The notes below the pieces were generated by a model. It made no database searches. It saw only the letters and a list, made by a program, of their open reading frames with translations, and had not been told where the DNA came from. This document shows, in pieces, positions 27,801 through 36,066 of a DNA stretch of 64,000 bases (positions are counted from its first letter, which is position 1; each line of letters starts with the position of its first letter). The stretch is taken from positions 8,277-72,276 of IMG/VR virus record IMGVR_UViG_3300044537_000257; one strand, written 5' to 3'. The position numbers were made by a program, and so were the translations under genes. The DNA is from a virus (Duplodnaviria > Caudoviricetes).

Positions 27801-29815
27801 CTGCTGCTGTGACTAGCTTAAAGAGCGATATAACCAACGCCACCGCAGGTATGGCGACACAGACGTGGACACAAGGGAGGCTTGATTTAACGGCTGAGGG
27901 TTTTACCAGCCAGATTAGCAGTGTGCAGACAAATCTAGATAACATGCAAATCGGCGGTCGTAACTATATCTTAAACAGCGGCCAGCCCATTACGATTAAT
28001 GGCGATACTGATCACTTTAAGATACTGTATTATAATTTAACGCCAGGGACTTGGACATTTAGTGCTAACGCCAAATATACTCGTGGCACCGATACCTCAG
28101 TTTTTCTGGCTATTTATTCGGCCGACACAGCAATTGGCTATAATAACGCATCCGTACCAATTGTTAACGGTAAAATCGCTTGGACATTTAAGCCAAACAA
28201 TCCGGCCGGCGTACTGCTATTAATGTACGCTGGTTCAGGGTCTTGGGGGACAACGCCTGGGAAAACGCTGGAAGTCAGCCATCGAAAGCTAGAAAAAGGC
28301 AACAAATCGACAGACTGGTCTCCAGCACCGGAGGATCAAGCTACTGTAGCAGACGTATCTAGCCAATTTACCCAGCTCCAAAACGACATTAATCTCCGCG
28401 TTAAAACGGGTGATTTAGTTAGTCAAATTGATGTTAACGCCAAACGGATTTTACTCGATGGCGCAAGCACCTATATTACAAATACAACTCACATCGACAC
28501 CGGTGTGATTAAAACAGCCATGATCGCTGATGCCGCCATTACAAACGGTAAGATCGCTAATGCGGCGATCGATAATGCTAAAATCGCTGACGCGTCAATC
28601 GACAATGCTAAAATCGCTGATTTAGCTGTTAGCACGGCTCAAATAGCCGACGGCGCTATAACAAATGCCAAGATCGGTAACGCATCGATCACGACGGCAA
28701 AAATCGGCGACGCACAAATTAATAGTGCTAAAATTGGTGCATTAGCCGTAAACACTGCACAAATTGCCAATGGTGCGATCACAACCGCAAAAATCGGTTC
28801 ACTAGCTGTTGGCACGGCTCAAATAGCCGATGGTGCAATCAATAGCGCCAAAATCGCGTCACTGGCTGTAGGCACCGCCCAGATAGCAGATGGTGCAATC
28901 AGCAATGCCAAAATTGGTAAAGCGGCAATCTTTTCTGCGCAAATTGCCGAATTAGCTGTGGGTACCGCCCAGATCGCTGATGCCGCCATCACAAATGGCA
29001 AAATCGCTAATGCGTCAATCGACAATGCTAAAATCGCAAATGCGGCGATCACGGCTGCTAAGATCGCTGATTTAGCCGTAGGTAGCGCACAGATCGCCGA
29101 TGGTGCCATTAGTAGCGCTAAGATAGGTAATGCCGCGATCACATCTGCACAAATTGCCGATGCATCGATTATTGATGCCAAAATTGTTAATTTAGATGGT
29201 AGTAAAATTGTCGCTAACTCGATCACAGCAGATAAGCTAGATGTTAATGCGATTGAAGTTGGGCTAAACACTTACGGGATTGGTTGGCAGATTACGCCGG
29301 CAAGCATTAAATTTTTACCATCTGCCAGCAGCACTAAGGCTAGCTTAATTTTAACCGGTGAAGGCATCATCTTGGGCGATACTACCACCGGTGAAATGCT
29401 GGGAGAAATTACTGGATCACCTTTTGATTTGACCAAAGACACCTGGTTCAATGGATTTAACCTATTGCTTAAATACAACGGTGGTGATTTTGTGCATCTA
29501 GGTCGAGAGAAAGCAGATGGCACCATGAGCAGTAAAATGATCTGGAGTAACGCTGATGAGAGTAGTTTTGGTATTTATTCGGGTTTTAATTTTTACGATC
29601 ATGTGCATTTTAATACTATTGGCCCATTTGATCCTGATGATAATGCGCAAATGCACGTAGTCCGAACGCAGATTGATGGCCATTGGTGTACCGGATTTAT
29701 GGCGCACGACGGGCTTGCTGGCGTGGCATTTGGCGATGGTGGCTGGCTGTATCTTGAGCGAGATAATAAATGGATTGATTTTTGGAACATTGTCAACAAA
29801 ATCGGACTAGCGTGA
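24806..29815 (+). CDS. Tal / tail spike-host recognition protein
   Basis: Prophage-tail N-domain, heptad Ala/Gly/Ser/Gln repeats, two GxN...KLEKG..TDW.PAPED modules, 10-aa repeats. Confidence 0.88.
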   Translation: MQLYVLDRAKNTLATTSSFYSDKHHKELTAGASIFEFTIDKSDSAAQYMTTGNYLVFQDDRGRAWSFTILSYDETQTTKTVAAEDVSIELLNKAMDVWNTDQAYPFSYYFDLVTKGTPWTLGVNQLTDLSRKLVYTGRDTGLGRLLSVLKGFDNAECQFNIKVKQNSPIEFTVDVYKSIGTVQDNIQIVYNNELNDIKKTESRAQFVTALAGVGGLVENQATTDPGLEKHIDFTDIDYKDDNFVSPKGDKFLRAVTANRTFNPGTTTYIEDFYDYDTQSSQELLNRTLTQLKERSEPQYTYNADVKVIDPTLDIGDTVTIIDHDYNPALYLQARVATLDKSYTDPTQGAITFCNYRVLNSNLSDQLRAMQNIIDQLPTSASIKVINNNIVQMITQNEELKKQVALSFESANGKSRVWFSRSSTAQNGDVAFIKNADGATEIWKFVEGAWKLDTGLATFDDVKKAASAAADAGSQAVTAGQQASAAGSQAAVVGLQASTAGSQAISAGNQASLADSQAAIAGSQAVTAGSQASSAGSQAVVAGLQASAAGSQAISAGSQASWAGSQAAVAGKQASAAGSQAVIAGQQASTAGSQAISAGSQASWAGSQAAVAGKQASTAGSQAVTAGQQASAAGADAKSAGDFAASAASQSTIETSAARSTANSAVDQANLAVSQAGFANNAADQAKSAAASAQSDAAGALGKASTAITNASTAINAATDAQTKTNSLVTKVDDIAGTIKTLATTETVDQLAGTVATTQSLAQFAADGLKLKADTTTVDKINGTVNDLKGELDVQADKIAATVTASDVTGMLGNYATQSWSQGQISAAKNEISASVETVQTQVKNSAVGTNLLTGTSSSEQSYMNDFSTVPGWIYSNFLQGSQPAVNVGSTYTYSIYLTKLTGSFALGYWGYDSNKKYARWFPSPIYSSLGKVSWTFTIPSGISYIVPHVVHASDDFTCTAKEEKLEKGSVATDWCLAPEDQATVDWTKSQLDIKDGKISAAVTSLKSDITNATAGMATQTWTQGRLDLTAEGFTSQISSVQTNLDNMQIGGRNYILNSGQPITINGDTDHFKILYYNLTPGTWTFSANAKYTRGTDTSVFLAIYSADTAIGYNNASVPIVNGKIAWTFKPNNPAGVLLLMYAGSGSWGTTPGKTLEVSHRKLEKGNKSTDWSPAPEDQATVADVSSQFTQLQNDINLRVKTGDLVSQIDVNAKRILLDGASTYITNTTHIDTGVIKTAMIADAAITNGKIANAAIDNAKIADASIDNAKIADLAVSTAQIADGAITNAKIGNASITTAKIGDAQINSAKIGALAVNTAQIANGAITTAKIGSLAVGTAQIADGAINSAKIASLAVGTAQIADGAISNAKIGKAAIFSAQIAELAVGTAQIADAAITNGKIANASIDNAKIANAAITAAKIADLAVGSAQIADGAISSAKIGNAAITSAQIADASIIDAKIVNLDGSKIVANSITADKLDVNAIEVGLNTYGIGWQITPASIKFLPSASSTKASLILTGEGIILGDTTTGEMLGEITGSPFDLTKDTWFNGFNLLLKYNGGDFVHLGREKADGTMSSKMIWSNADESSFGIYSGFNFYDHVHFNTIGPFDPDDNAQMHVVRTQIDGHWCTGFMAHDGLAGVAFGDGGWLYLERDNKWIDFWNIVNKIGLA
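26191..26720 (+). repeat. 21-nt (7-aa) tandem repeat array in Tal
   Basis: SxAGSQA/VxAGxQA units; 44-nt exact repeat at 26453 and 26579 (126-nt period). Confidence 0.85.
28510..29240 (+). repeat. 30-nt (10-aa) degenerate repeat array in Tal
   Basis: (A/S)I(T/D)xAKIADxx / LAVGTAQIAD units, over 20 copies. Confidence 0.85.
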
Positions 29816-29832
29816 GAAAGGAATTTTTTAAC

Positions 29833-30270
29833 ATGAAAATTATTTTAGCAAACGAAGTATTGGCTCCATCGGTAAACTTTTTAGGCACAATTAAATTAAA
29901 AGGCAAGGATAGTCGGGCTCGCACGAAGCTCGTTAATCTTTTGACACAGCAAGTGCGCGAATTGCAAGAAAGCGAACAAGCGTTAATTGACGAATATGCT
30001 AAAACCGATGAAAACGGCAAGCCAGAAAAAGCTGAAAATGGCAATGCCAAAATTGACCCCGATCGGGCCAAAGAATATCTAATTGAACATAGCAAATTGA
30101 TGTTGGAACGGGTTGAAATTGAAGGCGGTACCTATGTTAACCACATTGATGACTGCGAAAAAATCTTAAATGACTATGACGGCGAACTAGAGGGAGCAAA
30201 TGCCCAAGCCTACGATGCACTGCTAGATGCGTTTGAAGCTGCACAAAAATCAGAAAAGGCAGGTAAATAA
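29833..30270 (+). CDS. DUF1617-like phage protein
   Basis: LKGKDSRARTKL...L..EYA..DENG...; ATG 29833. Confidence 0.7.
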   Translation: MKIILANEVLAPSVNFLGTIKLKGKDSRARTKLVNLLTQQVRELQESEQALIDEYAKTDENGKPEKAENGNAKIDPDRAKEYLIEHSKLMLERVEIEGGTYVNHIDDCEKILNDYDGELEGANAQAYDALLDAFEAAQKSEKAGK

Positions 30271-30272
30271 TT

Positions 30273-30776
30273 ATGCTAGAAGTTAACACACGATCGGTCA
30301 CCTATAACTTAGATGACACAGTTGCCACAACGGGCATCGTTGTGAGCTTAGAAGGGTATAATAATAGCCGTGAATCAGCCAACATGACGATTATTTTAGC
30401 AAGTGAGGATTTACCGTCCGGCACTAAGTTTGACGACCTTACCCGCACACAGATCATTGAGTTGGCACGCAAAAAGGCGGTCAGCTTTATCAATCCGGCA
30501 GCAGATACGACCCCAGCGCTTGATGTGGATGTGGACTCAATCGCTTATGTACTGGATAAAGCATCCAGTAACACGGAGTCGATCACAATTGCATTAAAAG
30601 GTTACAGCACTGAAAATCGTAATAACGTCAATCTGTCGGTCAACCTGACTACGGAAGATTTAAAAGATGGTGTTGGTCTTGATGACTTAAGTCGTAAGCA
30701 GGCCGAAGCCTTGGCACGTAAAAAAGGTGCTGACTACGTTAATCCACCGGCAGAAGAACCAGCGCCAAAAGCCTAG
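30273..30776 (+). CDS. Hypothetical protein of two tandem homologous halves
   Basis: EDL...DDL(T/S)R.Q...LARKK...(F/Y)(I/V)NP occurs twice. Confidence 0.7.
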   Translation: MLEVNTRSVTYNLDDTVATTGIVVSLEGYNNSRESANMTIILASEDLPSGTKFDDLTRTQIIELARKKAVSFINPAADTTPALDVDVDSIAYVLDKASSNTESITIALKGYSTENRNNVNLSVNLTTEDLKDGVGLDDLSRKQAEALARKKGADYVNPPAEEPAPKA

Positions 30777-30793
30777 GAGGCTGGTCTAGATGA

Positions 30794-31105
30794 TTGGAAG
30801 TGATGCGGTTGGGACCACACGTAGTTTTTGGCTTTACAGTATCGGAGTGGGTCGGAATCATCGGAATTTTATCCGGCACTTACGGTTTTATCGTTAAGCC
30901 ATTATTGACAAAATTAGAAACGTTAAGTAAATCAATTGATCAAATCAGCGAGAACTCATTGATCGAACATAATCGGCTGTGGCATCACTACGATATCCAT
31001 GATAAACAACTATGGAAGCATGATCAGGAGATTGGGATTTTATACGATAAAAATCACTTAAAACGTAGTGATATTAAATATGATGATAAGAAGGACGATA
31101 GATAA
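30794..31105 (+). CDS. Lysis-module membrane protein (N-terminal TM plus coiled coil)
   Basis: One TM helix; directly upstream of holin. Confidence 0.6.
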   Translation: MEVMRLGPHVVFGFTVSEWVGIIGILSGTYGFIVKPLLTKLETLSKSIDQISENSLIEHNRLWHHYDIHDKQLWKHDQEIGILYDKNHLKRSDIKYDDKKDDR

Positions 31106-31335
31106 TGAATTGGCAAACACGAATTAAAAATAAGACTTTCTGGCTGGCCCTGGTGCCGGCTATTTTATTACTCGCGCAAGTTGTGGCGGTACCATTCGGC
31201 TATAAATTTGATATTGATCTAATTAATAAACAGCTATTGGATATCGTTAACGCGGTTTTTGGCGTTTTGACGATTGTCGGGATTGTGGCTGACCCGACCA
31301 CCGCGGGTATTACGGATAAGGGGGCTACTAAATAA
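31105..31335 (+). CDS. Holin (phiLC3 family)
   Basis: MNWQTRIKNKTFWLALVPA...GIVADPTTAGITD. Confidence 0.92.
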   Translation: MNWQTRIKNKTFWLALVPAILLLAQVVAVPFGYKFDIDLINKQLLDIVNAVFGVLTIVGIVADPTTAGITDKGATK

Positions 31336-32354
31336 TGGTAACAATCAATAAACAATTTGCTTTTGGTGCCAACGAAGGCTCTAGTCAAAAAACGCAAAGT
31401 CTTTATATCATTTTGCACGAGGTTGGGGTGGATAACTCTAGTGCCCAGGCTAATGCAGCGTATTTCAAAAATAACTGGTCTACCGCCGAAACCTATTCTA
31501 CCTTTGTTGTAGGTGCGGATGGAATTTATCAAGTCGGTGAACCAGGCTATGTAGCTTGGGCGGCGCTGAACGCTAACCCTTATGCACCAGTCCAGATTGA
31601 ATTTGAACGGACTAATGATGCTAATCGATTTAAAAAAGGCTATGCCAATTATATTGCTCTAGCTCGTGAAATGGCTGATAAATACGGCATACCTAAAACT
31701 TTAGATGCAGGTGGCGCCGGAACACCAGGTATTAAATCACATTTGTGGGTGACTAATAATTATGGTGGTGATCATGTTGACCCATATGGCTATTTAGCCT
31801 CACATGGCATCTCTAAATCACAATTAGCAAAGGATTTGGCTAATGGTGGTACAAGCCCAGCTACTATTGCGCCGGTAGCTAGCAATGCTAAGACAGTCGG
31901 CACTGATGTCACGTATGCGTTGCGCAGCCTTAATGGTGGCTGGCTCGATAATGTCACTAACTTTGGCGACGGTGACAATGGTTATGCGGGTGTCCCGAAC
32001 CACCAGCATGATTATTTAACGGTAAGTGTTGATCATGGATCAATCAAGTATCGAGTTAAAACGGCGCAAGATGGTTGGCTTGGCTGGGTCACTAAAGGTG
32101 ATCGTAATGATTTGACCAATGGTGCCGCTGGTGTCACTGGTCACGCGATTACTGGCGTGCAAATCGTTTATAATACCCCAGTCGGCGAAGCCTATCAGCA
32201 AGCCTATTATCGGTCTCAAACGACTAAACGCGCCGGCTGGCTTGGTGTGTGCGCCGATGACGGCTCAATCGCTGGTTTTGATAGTTGGGCCGGCGTCGAT
32301 GGTGAGCCATTAGATCGGTTACAGATCAAAATTGCACCAGCTAACCCGTTTTAA
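31335..32354 (+). CDS. Endolysin, N-acetylmuramoyl-L-alanine amidase with C-terminal binding domain
   Basis: IILHE...YVAWAA...QIEF...SH.W...DHVDP (Amidase_2); C-terminal WLGWV repeats. Confidence 0.92.
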   Translation: MVTINKQFAFGANEGSSQKTQSLYIILHEVGVDNSSAQANAAYFKNNWSTAETYSTFVVGADGIYQVGEPGYVAWAALNANPYAPVQIEFERTNDANRFKKGYANYIALAREMADKYGIPKTLDAGGAGTPGIKSHLWVTNNYGGDHVDPYGYLASHGISKSQLAKDLANGGTSPATIAPVASNAKTVGTDVTYALRSLNGGWLDNVTNFGDGDNGYAGVPNHQHDYLTVSVDHGSIKYRVKTAQDGWLGWVTKGDRNDLTNGAAGVTGHAITGVQIVYNTPVGEAYQQAYYRSQTTKRAGWLGVCADDGSIAGFDSWAGVDGEPLDRLQIKIAPANPF

Positions 32355-32422
32355 AAAAACAAAGGTCGCTTCCTTAATCGGAGGTGGCGTTATTCGTACG
32401 TGTTGACTATAGTAAGTATTTG

Positions 32423-32452
32423 GTCTATCCCTTGCGGGGTAGGCTTTTTTTT
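32423..32452 (+). terminator. Intrinsic terminator after the lysis module
   Basis: GTCTATCCC-TTGC-GGGGTAGGC followed by T8. Confidence 0.75.
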
Positions 32453-32545
32453 ATATCCTGGATTATTTAAAAGTAGATATCCTAGCTTGATAGATGTTTA
32501 GCTATCTTATTAGGCATATATAATAGTAGCTTTTTTATCAGCGGC

Positions 32546-32747
32546 TGTGCAAAATTTGTGCAAAATGATTTAGTTTTATATCTGTCTTTATCTGTAAATA
32601 AAAAATAAGAACCTTACTAAACGTTGATTTAGCAAGGTTCTTATTTTTTATAATTTTGTTTAACTGCTTATAAAATGGAGGCGGCGGGCATTTTGAATAT
32701 TGATGTGACGCTACTTTAACGGGCCTTGTGCAAAGTTTGTGCAAAAT
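32546..32747. other. att junction between the two prophages
   Basis: Paired TGTGCAAA direct repeats at ~32546-32565 and ~32726-32747 flank TGGAGGCGGCGGG (32676-32688), whose reverse complement resembles the tmRNA 3' end. Confidence 0.7.
32599..32650 (-). terminator. Long A/T-flanked hairpin (bidirectional terminator-like) next to att core
   Basis: TAAAAAATAAGAACCTT...AAGGTTCTTATTTTTTA 17-bp stem. Confidence 0.7.
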
Positions 32748-33858
32748 CATTGCTGAAATTTTCTGGTTTTAAATCTGACAACGCGGTGATGATTTTGTCA
32801 TCGGTTTTTTGCTTATACTCATCGATTAAATAGGAGTAGACACGGCTGGTCACGGTGATATCCGAGTGGCCTAATCGTTTAGAGATTGCATACAGATCAA
32901 CCCCGTGTGATAAAAGATAAGCAACATGGGTGTGGCGGCAGGAATGGAAATGGAAGCCTTTACGATTAATGCCAAGCTCTTTCATCGCCGCGCGTAAAAC
33001 CTTATTGACCGCGTTTGAGGTGGGGATCGTTTTAAACTGGTTGGCAAAGATCCGGTACTGTTTATCCTCATGTGGTAACTCACTGATTAGCTCAAGCAAC
33101 CATTTATCGGTGCGAATTGTACGCTGAGAAGCATCGTTTTTTAAATCCTCAAAGGCTTTAGCGGACTCACTCCACGATTGATTAACTGAGATCGTATTAA
33201 AATTTTTATTAATATTTTCCCAGGTCAAGCCACCAATTTCGCCGGGGCGCATCCCCGTAAATAGGGCAGTAATGATCATATATTTTGATGTATAATGCGG
33301 GTTACGCGTTTTCATGAGATAATCGACTAACTGTTTAGTCTCTTTTTCGCTTAAATATTCAATATCCCAAGTTTTATCTTTATCATAGACCAGCACTGAT
33401 TTTTCGATAAAATCTTTTTGGATCACACCATCATAGACCGCATCTTTTATACTGGCGTGGTAAAGCGAGTTTAGCTTAGACACGGTAGATTTAGCCCGAT
33501 GCTTGCCAAAATTCTTGATAAACTTTTGATAAGCGCGCCGATCCATTTCATCAATACGTGCATTAGGTAAAAACTGTTTAAGCACCTTATGCGCGTAAAC
33601 GTAGGTGCCAACGGTCCGGTTACGGATGCTAGACTCCTTATAAGTCTCGTACCATTCCCAAAAATAGTCGGCAAAAAGCGGTGGCCGCTTTGATTTTAAT
33701 TCGCCGTTGTCGGCTTTTATCTCATACTCGTTTGCAAAAAGCTGGGCTTCGCGCTTGGTTTTAAAACCAGCTTGGCTCTTTGTGCGAAATTTACCGGTCT
33801 CGTCTTTATAGCTGACTCGGACCTGCCAGTTGCTGCCACGTTTTTTTATGCTGGCCAT
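32716..33858 (-). CDS. int: Prophage integrase (tyrosine recombinase with arm-binding domain)
   Basis: MASIKKRGSNWQVRVSY; GMRPGE, FHSCRH, LGH, VYS catalytic motifs; adjacent to att. Confidence 0.95.
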   Translation of the reverse strand: MASIKKRGSNWQVRVSYKDETGKFRTKSQAGFKTKREAQLFANEYEIKADNGELKSKRPPLFADYFWEWYETYKESSIRNRTVGTYVYAHKVLKQFLPNARIDEMDRRAYQKFIKNFGKHRAKSTVSKLNSLYHASIKDAVYDGVIQKDFIEKSVLVYDKDKTWDIEYLSEKETKQLVDYLMKTRNPHYTSKYMIITALFTGMRPGEIGGLTWENINKNFNTISVNQSWSESAKAFEDLKNDASQRTIRTDKWLLELISELPHEDKQYRIFANQFKTIPTSNAVNKVLRAAMKELGINRKGFHFHSCRHTHVAYLLSHGVDLYAISKRLGHSDITVTSRVYSYLIDEYKQKTDDKIITALSDLKPENFSNDFAQTLHKAR

Positions 33859-33875
33859 AATAAATCATCCTTTCG

Positions 33876-33903
33876 TTGCCAATAGGTGACTTTATGCTAA
33901 AAT
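33876..33903 (+). promoter_or_regulatory. Sigma-A-type promoter antisense to the int operon
   Basis: TTGCCA (33876) -N16- TAAAAT with extended TGn. Confidence 0.5.
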
Positions 33904-33948
33904 AGAGTATACAAAAGACGCCACGCTTGGCGTGAGTTTTTATTGGTT

Positions 33949-33994
33949 AGCACATCCGTTTACTTTGGTCGGTTAGGGGATGTGCTTTTTATTT
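33949..33994 (+). terminator. Plus-strand intrinsic terminator upstream of int
   Basis: AGCACATCC...GGATGTGCT then TTTTATTTT. Confidence 0.6.
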
Positions 33995-34003
33995 TGTCTT
34001 GTG

Positions 34004-34279
34004 CTAGTAATCCGTCCAATCGTCGCCTTCGTTTTGATGGTGTGTTTCAGGAGTTTTTGCTGATTCTTTTTTAGCGCTGTTTTGCTGGATAAGAGTTAAA
34101 ATATAGCGCTGAATACCTTTTGGGAAAATAAAATATGCAATAACCAACGAAACAACAAAAGTACCTAAGTTTTGCCATATTGGCCCAAATTGAAATAAAG
34201 ATGAAAATCCTGCCACAACAAAAATCACACCAGTGATTGTTCTAAACGCGGTTGTTTTATACCATTTGCTAGTTTTCAT
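34004..34279 (-). CDS. Two-TM membrane protein (start reassigned)
   Basis: MKTSKWYKTTAFRTITGVIFVVAG...; ATG overlaps the stop of the upstream small ORF. Confidence 0.65.
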   Translation of the reverse strand: MKTSKWYKTTAFRTITGVIFVVAGFSSLFQFGPIWQNLGTFVVSLVIAYFIFPKGIQRYILTLIQQNSAKKESAKTPETHHQNEGDDWTDY

Positions 34280-34445
34280 AAGTAACCATGGCAGATTCAT
34301 TAGAAGTTTCTGTGCTGCTACTATAGTCAATGTCAATGATATTGTGCTTTTTAGCAAATTTGTTAATTTGTTTATCAAGCCCGCGTTTAGTAAAAGCTGA
34401 AAATGTTTTAACCTGTTTTGTTGCTGTTTTCTTTTTTCCAAACAT
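34269..34445 (-). CDS. Small hypothetical protein (58 aa, MFGKKKTATKQVKTFS...)
   Basis: GGAGG SD 7 nt before ATG; not in ORF track. Confidence 0.7.
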   Translation of the reverse strand: MFGKKKTATKQVKTFSAFTKRGLDKQINKFAKKHNIIDIDYSSSTETSNESAMVTYEN

Positions 34446-34461
34446 AGTAAAGCCTCCCTAA

Positions 34462-35034
34462 TTATTCTGCAGAACTGTCTGAATCTAAATTTAGTGGTGC
34501 CTCTTCTTGGAATTCACCGATTTTATAAGTTTTTTGGCCTATTTTTTTGCCGTCAATGCCTTGGCTGGCTTTTAGTATGACTGGAGTAGTCGCACTATCT
34601 AAATTATAGACAGTAACGCCGTTGACAGAGCCGCCTTTATTGATTTTTTGGGATTGATTCTTAAGCTCATCATCATAGCCATTTGGAGTTGATCCAACTT
34701 CTAATTGACCCTCAGTATTTTTGTTCTTTTGATATGCGTTAAAAACGGCCTGCCACCCAGTGATGGCATTAATATCTTTGTTTGTATTATTAGTGATTGT
34801 GTATTCAAAAACAATACGATTATGATTGTCAGTATCGCTAGGTTTTAAGAATTTAACTTTATTAATCTTGATTTTCAGGTCATGAATTTTAGCAACATTT
34901 TTCTTGAATCTGTATTTTGCCGCTGCTTGAACAGTAGTAGTTGGTTGCGAAAATTGAACTAAATTGGGTAGTGGTGATAAAAACACGCCTAATGCTACAG
35001 CTCCACTTAAACCGGTTTTAACTATTTTTTTCAA
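34462..35034 (-). CDS. Exported DUF5067-like protein (superinfection-exclusion candidate)
   Basis: Signal peptide; VFEYTITNNTNKDI...AYQ; TTG after GGAGGGG. Confidence 0.7.
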   Translation of the reverse strand: MKKIVKTGLSGAVALGVFLSPLPNLVQFSQPTTTVQAAAKYRFKKNVAKIHDLKIKINKVKFLKPSDTDNHNRIVFEYTITNNTNKDINAITGWQAVFNAYQKNKNTEGQLEVGSTPNGYDDELKNQSQKINKGGSVNGVTVYNLDSATTPVILKASQGIDGKKIGQKTYKIGEFQEEAPLNLDSDSSAE

Positions 35035-35125
35035 AATGAAACCCCTCCATATGATATAATAATTTATCGACTTCTTAATTATAGAAGGCAGTCCTCTATC
35101 CGTTACCGGCGAATAGGGGATTTTT

Positions 35126-35557
35126 TTAGTTATTGGCAGTCTCAAATCTAGCTAAGCAAGCTTTACGTAATTCGCTTTTAACGGTGCTAGCTAAGTGACT
35201 AGGGATGGCAAAAATGTTCATAAATTCAACGGGGTTGACCTGGTCCGCACGCCGATCTCGTAAGTAATAAGGCATGACCAGCTTGATCGCAGTCCGATTA
35301 GCCTCAAGCTCGATCCCCGTTTTCCCCGGTGTAAAATATAGGACTTGATTAGAGACGTCACCATTGATGATATGTGCGATCTCATGGGCTAACTGAAAAG
35401 CTAACTGTTTTTTGATATGCCAGTTTAAATTTAAAACTACAGAGCGAGCCTCTGTATCTGAGGCGGACGGTGTATTAGGACCTAACTTGCTGGTCGCCAT
35501 AAAACTAATTTTATTTTCCAATGCAAAATTTGCCAAATCTGTCAAAATTTCGTCCAT
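35126..35557 (-). CDS. ImmA/IrrE-family metallopeptidase
   Basis: FQLAHEIAH...E.EANRTA next to repressor. Confidence 0.9.
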   Translation of the reverse strand: MDEILTDLANFALENKISFMATSKLGPNTPSASDTEARSVVLNLNWHIKKQLAFQLAHEIAHIINGDVSNQVLYFTPGKTGIELEANRTAIKLVMPYYLRDRRADQVNPVEFMNIFAIPSHLASTVKSELRKACLARFETANN

Positions 35558-35560
35558 ATA

Positions 35561-35935
35561 TTATTTCCCCCGCAACAACCGTTTAATTAATTCCCGATCC
35601 TCCTCCGGTATTGGCTTGCCTTCAAAAGTCATAATCACACTATCATCACTCAGCTCAACTGATTTTTGTTTATTTTCGTGTTTTTCGGGTAGACTATAAA
35701 TCAGATTCCAGGAATCTATAAAATCGTTTTTGTCTTCAAAATCTTCCATAAATACGGCTGCTTCAACATTAAAGGCTTTAGCAATTTTCTTGATGCTGGT
35801 GGGGCTAGGTTCGCGCTGACTTTTTATATAATAGCTAATTTGTTGGGGTGAGATTTTTGCGCGGCGTGCTAATTCAGCTTGACTCCAATGCTTTTGTTCT
35901 ATTAAAATTTTGATTTTATCAGCCATTGACAACAT
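35561..35935 (-). CDS. CI-like XRE repressor
   Basis: WSQAELARRAKISPQQISYY...REPS...IAKAFNV; ATG 35935 after GGAGGG. Confidence 0.9.
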   Translation of the reverse strand: MLSMADKIKILIEQKHWSQAELARRAKISPQQISYYIKSQREPSPTSIKKIAKAFNVEAAVFMEDFEDKNDFIDSWNLIYSLPEKHENKQKSVELSDDSVIMTFEGKPIPEEDRELIKRLLRGK

Positions 35936-35973
35936 TTTGTAAGCCCTCCAATTATCTCGTTTCCTATATAGTA

Positions 35974-36044
35974 TCACCAAATGTTTACATAAGCAAGAAA
36001 AAACATAAACAAGTGTTGACAGTCAACATTTGTTGATGTATAGT
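35974..36044. promoter_or_regulatory. Lysis/lysogeny switch: lytic promoter with three operators
   Basis: TTGACA(36016)-N17-TATAGT(36039); T(C/A)AACA-N2-TGTT(G/T)A-like palindromes at 35974, 36006 and 36023. Confidence 0.75.
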
Positions 36045-36066
36045 TTAATGCATGGAGGTGATACAG

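Larger units (their letters stand above)
1..32688 (+). mobile_element. Prophage 1 (siphovirus-type; left end, integrase and immunity region lie upstream of the window)
   Basis: Gene order replication, accessory, late activator, terS/terL, portal, MuF, scaffold, MCP, neck, tail, TMP, Dit, Tal, holin, lysin, ending at an att-like core. Confidence 0.95.

Noticed and set aside
24806-29815. Diversity-generating retroelement or shufflon acting on the tail spike
   Set aside because: No reverse transcriptase, no template/variable repeat pair, and no inverted repeats or spare tips seen in the window
32355-32545. Lysogenic-conversion gene or tRNA between lysin and att
   Set aside because: Only terminator hairpins and AT-rich sequence; no ORF or cloverleaf found
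34280-34441. 145-aa version of ORF 34004..34441
   Set aside because: The region is better explained by a separate SD-preceded 58-aa ORF in another frame plus a gene starting at 34279
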